Positions 58,921 to 64,000 of a DNA stretch of 64,000 bases are shown here, one piece after another. This stretch comes from a bacterium (GTDB lineage: Bacteria > UBA8248): NCBI GenBank assembly GCA_965204535.1, contig OZ241996.1:672001-736000 (forward strand), in the 5' to 3' direction. Numbering within the stretch: the first letter of the stretch is position 1; each line of letters opens with the position of its first letter. The notes under the pieces are model-generated. The model was not told the origin of the DNA. It was given only the letters and a program-made list of their open reading frames with translations, and ran no database searches. The position numbers and the translations under genes were made by a program.

Positions 58921-60453
58921 ATGAAAATAAGACATCGCATGGAGAGGCTTGCAACCGGAGGCGGCATGGTCCGTCATCCGGAAGAGACCGGCAGAAGCCC
59001 TGGGCGGCCGGCAGGCCCGGGTTTATCGAAGGGCTCCTCCCGTCTTTTACAGGCTCAGGACAGGCCTGACGCGCCCAAGCGCTCACGCGACCGCTTCTCC
59101 TTCCTCATCCCCTGCTTCGCGCTGCTGCTTGTCACGCTCGCCGGTTGCGGCGGTGGCTCGTCTTCCCTCTCGGGCGCGCCGCCCATGGAACCCCCACCGC
59201 CGGTGCACGCGGTGGGCCTGCCCGACATGCACGACCTTTCCGGCTGGCTGACGGCCAACCCCGCCGGCACGGTCACCGTTCCCGCTGGCGAGCACCGCGA
59301 CGTGGGCGGGGTGCGCTTCTTCTGCCCTGCGGGCGGGGCGGACTGCGCGGTGACGGTGACCGCCGAGAACGGGACCGTCGCGGCGACCTCGACGGACGGC
59401 ATGGCCACCGCCATGTTGGCGCCGCCGCCGGTGCACGCGGTGGGCCTGCCCGACATGCACGACCTTTCCGGCTGGCTGACGGCCAACCCCGCCGGCACGG
59501 TCACCGTTCCCGCTGGCGAGCACCGCGACGTGGGCGGGGTGCGCTTCTCCTGCCCTGCGGGCGGGGCGGACTGCGCGGTGACGGTGACCGCCGAGGACGG
59601 GACCGTCACGGCGACCTCGACGGACGGCATGGCCTCCACGATGCCGGTGCCGCCGCATGACCGCTGGGAACATATTTATGACATAGCGGATACACTGCTC
59701 CAATCCAGCGACCACCTTCGTTATACCTTCAACTGGACCGGGCGGGGACAAAGCACAAGCGATCATGTGGTCAATAACTATTCGTGCACTGGATCGCGTT
59801 GCGTCAGCGATGAACGGGTGATTACCGTCGAGGACTTTCGGCATCCGGACAACAGGGTCCAGGTGGCCGTGCCGGCGGAGGACTTGGGATCGCAAGGCGG
59901 GTTTGACACTCTTACGGCCTCGGTCGACGTGGACCTTTCATTTCTCTTCGCGGAGACCACCCTCACGGAGTACCCTTCCTACGACACGTATGGCGTCTGG
60001 GGCCAATACGGTGCCTTACATTTGCAAGTTGTTGACGGACCAATGGCCGGCCAAGTCCAGGGCGTGCCGTTCACGGGCGACCTCAACTATGCAGTCGCGT
60101 TCGTCCTGGGCAATGCCACGGGTACCAACCCACAAGGCACGGGGAGTGCAACCTGGCGTGGCGTTGCCGAGGCCGTCTCGACCAGCACGTTCCAGCGGGG
60201 GCAAGGAACCGCGACACTCACCATCGCAGACCTGTCTCGACCGCGGGTTGGAGTTGACGTCGATATTCCCGGGTTTGCTATCGGCTCGCCCCGTTGGTCC
60301 GACATACCGCTGACGGACGGCCGGTTTGCGACCGGAACCGCCGGAACCGACCGTCTTGAAGGCGATTTCCACGGGCCCGCTCACTACGAAGCCTACGGCG
60401 TATTCGATACGGGCCCTTACGTGGGCGGGTTCGGAGCGAAACGGACCCAGTGA
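58921..60453 (+). CDS. Surface lipoprotein with a duplicated 76-aa domain and C-terminal TbpB-like beta-barrel region
   Basis: Lipobox LAGC followed by GGGSSS; GSATWRG...G.F.GP.H.EA.GVF...GGFGAKRTQ; start uncertain (58921 or 58966). Confidence 0.8.
   Translation: MKIRHRMERLATGGGMVRHPEETGRSPGRPAGPGLSKGSSRLLQAQDRPDAPKRSRDRFSFLIPCFALLLVTLAGCGGGSSSLSGAPPMEPPPPVHAVGLPDMHDLSGWLTANPAGTVTVPAGEHRDVGGVRFFCPAGGADCAVTVTAENGTVAATSTDGMATAMLAPPPVHAVGLPDMHDLSGWLTANPAGTVTVPAGEHRDVGGVRFSCPAGGADCAVTVTAEDGTVTATSTDGMASTMPVPPHDRWEHIYDIADTLLQSSDHLRYTFNWTGRGQSTSDHVVNNYSCTGSRCVSDERVITVEDFRHPDNRVQVAVPAEDLGSQGGFDTLTASVDVDLSFLFAETTLTEYPSYDTYGVWGQYGALHLQVVDGPMAGQVQGVPFTGDLNYAVAFVLGNATGTNPQGTGSATWRGVAEAVSTSTFQRGQGTATLTIADLSRPRVGVDVDIPGFAIGSPRWSDIPLTDGRFATGTAGTDRLEGDFHGPAHYEAYGVFDTGPYVGGFGAKRTQ
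59197..59652 (+). repeat. Intragenic tandem duplication, 228-nt period
   Basis: Near-identical copies start at 59197 and 59425. Confidence 0.92.
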
Positions 60454-60856
60454 GACGAGCCGATATTTCCCGCCAGTGCGTACCGTAAGGCGCTTCTGAC
60501 TTTCACGCGGTCAACTGGTCCGTACCGATCCTTTCGGTCGCGTATCGCCATGTGCCGCAGACCCCGGCGGCTTGCGTCGCCAGAGCCTCGTGCCGATGGG
60601 TGCATGGACATTCCGTCCATGAGTCGTCCGCCTGCGTCGTCCGCCTGCGCATTGCCGTTTGGCCTTGTGCTTCCTATACTGCCGCCCGGACGCCGCGCGG
60701 CGGTTCGGGGACTGTCTCCGCAAGTGCGCGGCGGGCGCTGCCGCTCAAGCGCCGCTCGGGCTAACTGCCGATTGCAAAACGGTTTTTATCGCCCGACGGT
60801 TTGAGCGGTCAGGAAGCGGGTTGACGACGCCCCGCGGCGTTTTGTTCTCAGACCCC

Positions 60857-61100
60857 ATGCATCGATTCATTTCAGCTGATCGATGCCTGCCCGCAATCCA
60901 CGACATGAAGCATCCCGCGAGAAACGATATGAGTTCCGTGACGATGTGACGACCGGACTTTGCCTGCGGATTTTCCAGGGCGGCGGGCACGCCTTAACCC
61001 GCAGCCGTATGGTTCGCCAGCGCAGACGCTGCGCCACCATCGACAACGCCGATACGCCGAGCGTGCCGGCGGCGAGGAGTGGGACTCACAGGCTTTTCCG
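60857..61100 (+). pseudogene. Degenerate integrase N-terminal arm-binding domain remnant
   Basis: REKRYEFRDDVTTGLCLRIFQGGG...RMVR.RRR..TI...SVPAAR resembles P4-type integrase arm domains; frameshifted, no catalytic domain. Confidence 0.5.
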
Positions 61101-61344
61101 CGTGTTTTCAGGGGGCGGGGCGTTTCCAGCGGTTGTAAAATCTCCTGATCCCGTTGATATCATTGAGAAGCATTCATTTCCCCCGGGTCTCGTTCGGAAT
61201 CCACCATTCGCAGCAAGTAATCAAAACGCTAACGAGGGGAATCAAATCCCTGCGCATCCCGGGGCGTGCCTGCCGGTAAGCGTTCGGGCGGGCCGTGATG
61301 GTAGTGCCTTGAAGCAGTAGTTCGGGCCGGAATGGGGGATGATT

Positions 61345-62217
61345 TTACCGGTTGAGGACTTGCTTCCAGTTTCTGCGCAACGGTCGTAGCCAGATGTCCT
61401 TTTTCGGTTGGTCTCGTTTCGTGTATCTGTCGTAGCGTCCACGCCCCTGGGTCATACCGACGTGAATCCACCCCGATGCCCTGTAGACGGCGCCGGTGTA
61501 GCGCGGCGTCTCGACGAAGGTCTCGACGAGGACGGGTGTCGTGCCATAGCGCTCGGTCCAGTCCTCGGGCAGGCGCCTGCGGATGATGGCGAGGAGGTGT
61601 GAGCCGAGGTTGAGGATCCTGATCCATGGCAGGATGAGGAACCTCGGGTTGTCGACCACGAGGGGGAGGTTCTTCTCGCGCAGCTGCGGCGTCCAGCCGA
61701 TGAAGCTGTCGCGCGGGGCGAGCTTCCACGCGGCGGTGGAGAAGCCGAGCATGGCGAGGGGCCTGCCGCCCCGGTCGTGGACGGCGTAGCGCATCTGCGC
61801 GCCGACGAGGGTCTTGTAGCCGAGGTAGTGGTAGCGGGCGACGAACTCGTTCCAGAGCCTGCCCTCGCGGGTTCCGCGCACGGCGACGCGCATATCGAGG
61901 GGGCGGACTTCGTCGAGGGTCTCAGGCGCCGGGATGAGGGGAGGTTCGGTGTCGGGTCCGAAGACGATCGGCCCGGGCCGGTTCTGGCGCCACTTCGGTG
62001 GGGGCAGCGTGATCAGGCCGTCCTTGTGCATGGCCAGCATAGTCACCCGGGCCATCATGTCCTTGAGTCCGCCGTCGGGCTTGTACCAGCCGATTCGGCG
62101 GCAGAACTCCTTCGATAGCGCATGGCGGTTGAGCGCAGGTGGACCTGCGATCAGTTCGCGCAGCAGCGCCATCTCTTCCGTCGTGAAGTCGCGTCCGTGG
62201 TAGCGGCACTCGGTCAC
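61345..62217 (-). CDS. DUF4338 (DruA-like) domain protein
   Basis: YHYLGY...G..MRY, RD.FIGW, N.RFLILPW....NL.S, L.ETFV, G..Y.A.GW...G.T.GRG. Confidence 0.88.
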   Translation of the reverse strand: MTECRYHGRDFTTEEMALLRELIAGPPALNRHALSKEFCRRIGWYKPDGGLKDMMARVTMLAMHKDGLITLPPPKWRQNRPGPIVFGPDTEPPLIPAPETLDEVRPLDMRVAVRGTREGRLWNEFVARYHYLGYKTLVGAQMRYAVHDRGGRPLAMLGFSTAAWKLAPRDSFIGWTPQLREKNLPLVVDNPRFLILPWIRILNLGSHLLAIIRRRLPEDWTERYGTTPVLVETFVETPRYTGAVYRASGWIHVGMTQGRGRYDRYTKRDQPKKDIWLRPLRRNWKQVLNR

Positions 62218-62221
62218 GGCG

Positions 62222-64000
62222 TCATCCCGGCGCCGTGAGGGCGCGCCTGCGCTCCGTGCTCATCGACCAGGGCAGCCACGCGGAGAGGTCCCCGGGCGCC
62301 CGGCCGCCGTTCTCCGCGCAGGCCGTGAGCCATGCCTCCAGCCAGCGGAGCGGGTCGACCCCGTTCGACGCGAGGGTTCCGAGGACCGAGTACATCATCG
62401 CCGTAAACCTGGCGCCGGCCTCGCTGTCGGAGCCGAACGAGAGCCGCCTGCCGATCACAGGGCCCCGAAGCGCACGTTCGCTGGCGTTGTTATCCATCGG
62501 CACCGAGGGGCGTTCGATGAAGACGCTCAGCCCCTCGCGGTGGTTCAGCAGCGAGCGAAGCGCCTTGCCCTCGCGCGCCTGCGCGGGCAGAGCGGCCATC
62601 TCCCGTCGGGCCTGCGCGAACAGGTCCTTGAGCGCCTTCTTCAATTCGTCGTGCGCCGCGTCGAACGCCGCATCCTGGCGTTCGACGCCCGGGTCGTAAC
62701 TGGCCAGGCGCGCCTCGTTCAGGCGGTAAAGCAAGGCAATCCGCTCGATCCATCTCTCGCACCACGGCGTCAGCCGCTCATCGCCGGCGGCGCAGTGGAT
62801 ATAATCGCGCCGGACGTGACTCCAGCACCATGCGAGAGTCACCAGACCCCCGGGAATGCGCGCCAGCTTCTTGTAGGCGCTGTAGCGGTCGCAGACGATG
62901 ACCGTATGGGAGCCGGCCGCGCCGAACAGCTTCATCGCGACCTCAGCACTCCGCGAGGGGTCGACGTGGAAGTAGACGGAGTCTGCGCTGACCGAGGTCC
63001 ACAGCCAGGCGCGGCTCGAGCGTCCTTGTTCGCGAAGCGACTGAACGCGCCACGTCGTCTCGTCCCCGTGACGCACCGCCGCTTCGTTCTGGCGGTCGAG
63101 GATCGCCGCAGCCAGCGGCTCGAAGAGCGGCGTGAAGCGGTGCGTGCTGTCGCCCAGTGTGCCTGCAGAGACCGGAAGCCCCTGGTCGGAGAGCCACGCG
63201 GCGACCCGGCGCAGCGGGCGGAAGCAGGCGTAGCGCTCGAACAGGAAGCGCGCCCACACGCTCGTCCCGTAAGGCGTGCCCGCGAACAGGCGCGGCGCGG
63301 CGGGCGCCGACACTTCCACCGGAGACGACGCGCACGCGCATCTCCTGCGCCATCTCGGACGGCGGATGACGCGCTTGTGGGCCGAGACTTCGATCTCGAA
63401 GATGGAGGAGACCTCGGCGCCATTGGCCACGTAGGGCTTCCCGCAACCGGCGCAGACGCGCGCACCGGCCGGCGGGTTGCGAACTTCGGTCCTCTCATCG
63501 AGCGCGGGCCGCGGGGTGCGGCCATGACCGGCGGCGCCGGGTTGCCGGCCGCGCCTGCGCTCCGAGCGCGGCCTCTCCTGCCGTTCGCTCTTGCGCCCGA
63601 ACAGTCTTCTCGCCAGCACCGCTCCGGTGGCGCGAAGCTTCGCGAGATCGGCCTCCAGCCGCGCCCGGATGGTCTCTGACTTGCGGAGCGCCCTGCGAAG
63701 ACGCCCGTTCTCCCTCGACAGCGACCTGAGCGCCGTCTTCTGGCGCCGCGACCTCCCCAGGGCCTTGCGCAGTTCCTCATCTGCACGAGACGGCGACTTC
63801 GAGCGCGCCGCCTCGAGAGCGCGCAGCAACCGCGCCTTCAGCCGTTCGGTCGCAATGCCTACGGCCCCCAGGGAGACTTCAAGACGGTAGACCTCCGCAG
63901 ACAGCGACTCGACCACCTCCGCCTGGTCGCGCAATCGCCTCAACTTCCTGTAGAGCCCGATGGCCTCCTCGTCCAGGCTCCGAATGGTCTCCTTGTCGGT
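62222..64000 (-). CDS. tnpC: IS66 family transposase (5'-truncated by window edge)
   Basis: LFGRKSE, GH.R, CxxC Zn finger, DET, CDRYSAY, CW.H.RR, DNN.SERALR; long coiled-coil N-terminus open to the window edge. Confidence 0.93.
   Translation of the reverse strand, partial: TDKETIRSLDEEAIGLYRKLRRLRDQAEVVESLSAEVYRLEVSLGAVGIATERLKARLLRALEAARSKSPSRADEELRKALGRSRRQKTALRSLSRENGRLRRALRKSETIRARLEADLAKLRATGAVLARRLFGRKSERQERPRSERRRGRQPGAAGHGRTPRPALDERTEVRNPPAGARVCAGCGKPYVANGAEVSSIFEIEVSAHKRVIRRPRWRRRCACASSPVEVSAPAAPRLFAGTPYGTSVWARFLFERYACFRPLRRVAAWLSDQGLPVSAGTLGDSTHRFTPLFEPLAAAILDRQNEAAVRHGDETTWRVQSLREQGRSSRAWLWTSVSADSVYFHVDPSRSAEVAMKLFGAAGSHTVIVCDRYSAYKKLARIPGGLVTLAWCWSHVRRDYIHCAAGDERLTPWCERWIERIALLYRLNEARLASYDPGVERQDAAFDAAHDELKKALKDLFAQARREMAALPAQAREGKALRSLLNHREGLSVFIERPSVPMDNNASERALRGPVIGRRLSFGSDSEAGARFTAMMYSVLGTLASNGVDPLRWLEAWLTACAENGGRAPGDLSAWLPWSMSTERRRALTAPG

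Larger units (their letters stand above)
61276..64000 (-). mobile_element. IS66-family element (one end at 61276; the other end is outside the window)
   Basis: GTAAGCGTTC terminus typical of IS66 TIRs; encloses tnpC and a DUF4338 gene. Confidence 0.72.

Noticed and set aside
61180-61210. tRNA/tmRNA 3'-end fragment (att site) GTTCGGAATCCACCA
   Set aside because: Too short and degenerate; no T-arm pairing can be supported

Overview
GC-rich bacterial chromosomal window (64 kb). Most of it is housekeeping and metabolic genes: queC, priA, metX, hpnC/D/E, ilvD, cobB, a siroheme/sulfite-reductase cluster, many oxidoreductases, three tandem acetamidases and tRNA-Val(CAC). These are interspersed with dense mosaics of REP-like palindromes and MITEs, two large surface lipoprotein genes, recombinase remnants and an IS66 element carrying a DUF4338/DruA-like gene. 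The most striking signal is a pair of homologous ~185-bp segments (21688-21900 and 58450-58661), each directly upstream of a surface lipoprotein gene. Each is bounded by inverted tyrosine-recombinase/dif-like sites (11-6-11 architecture) whose 6-bp spacers match within a locus but differ between loci. Each also contains a TTGACA-N16-TAWATT promoter currently pointing away from the lipoprotein. Together they look like an invertible-promoter phase-variation system with locus-specific spacers. Three genes split by the ORF track have an in-frame UGA at the catalytic Cys position followed by a SECIS-like hairpin, so they are probable selenoproteins (two DsbA/FrnE-like, one DUF442-like). There are also two unusual fusions, Nudix-HpnC-HpnD and MetX-NIL. 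All calls come from reading the sequence; no database searches were run.
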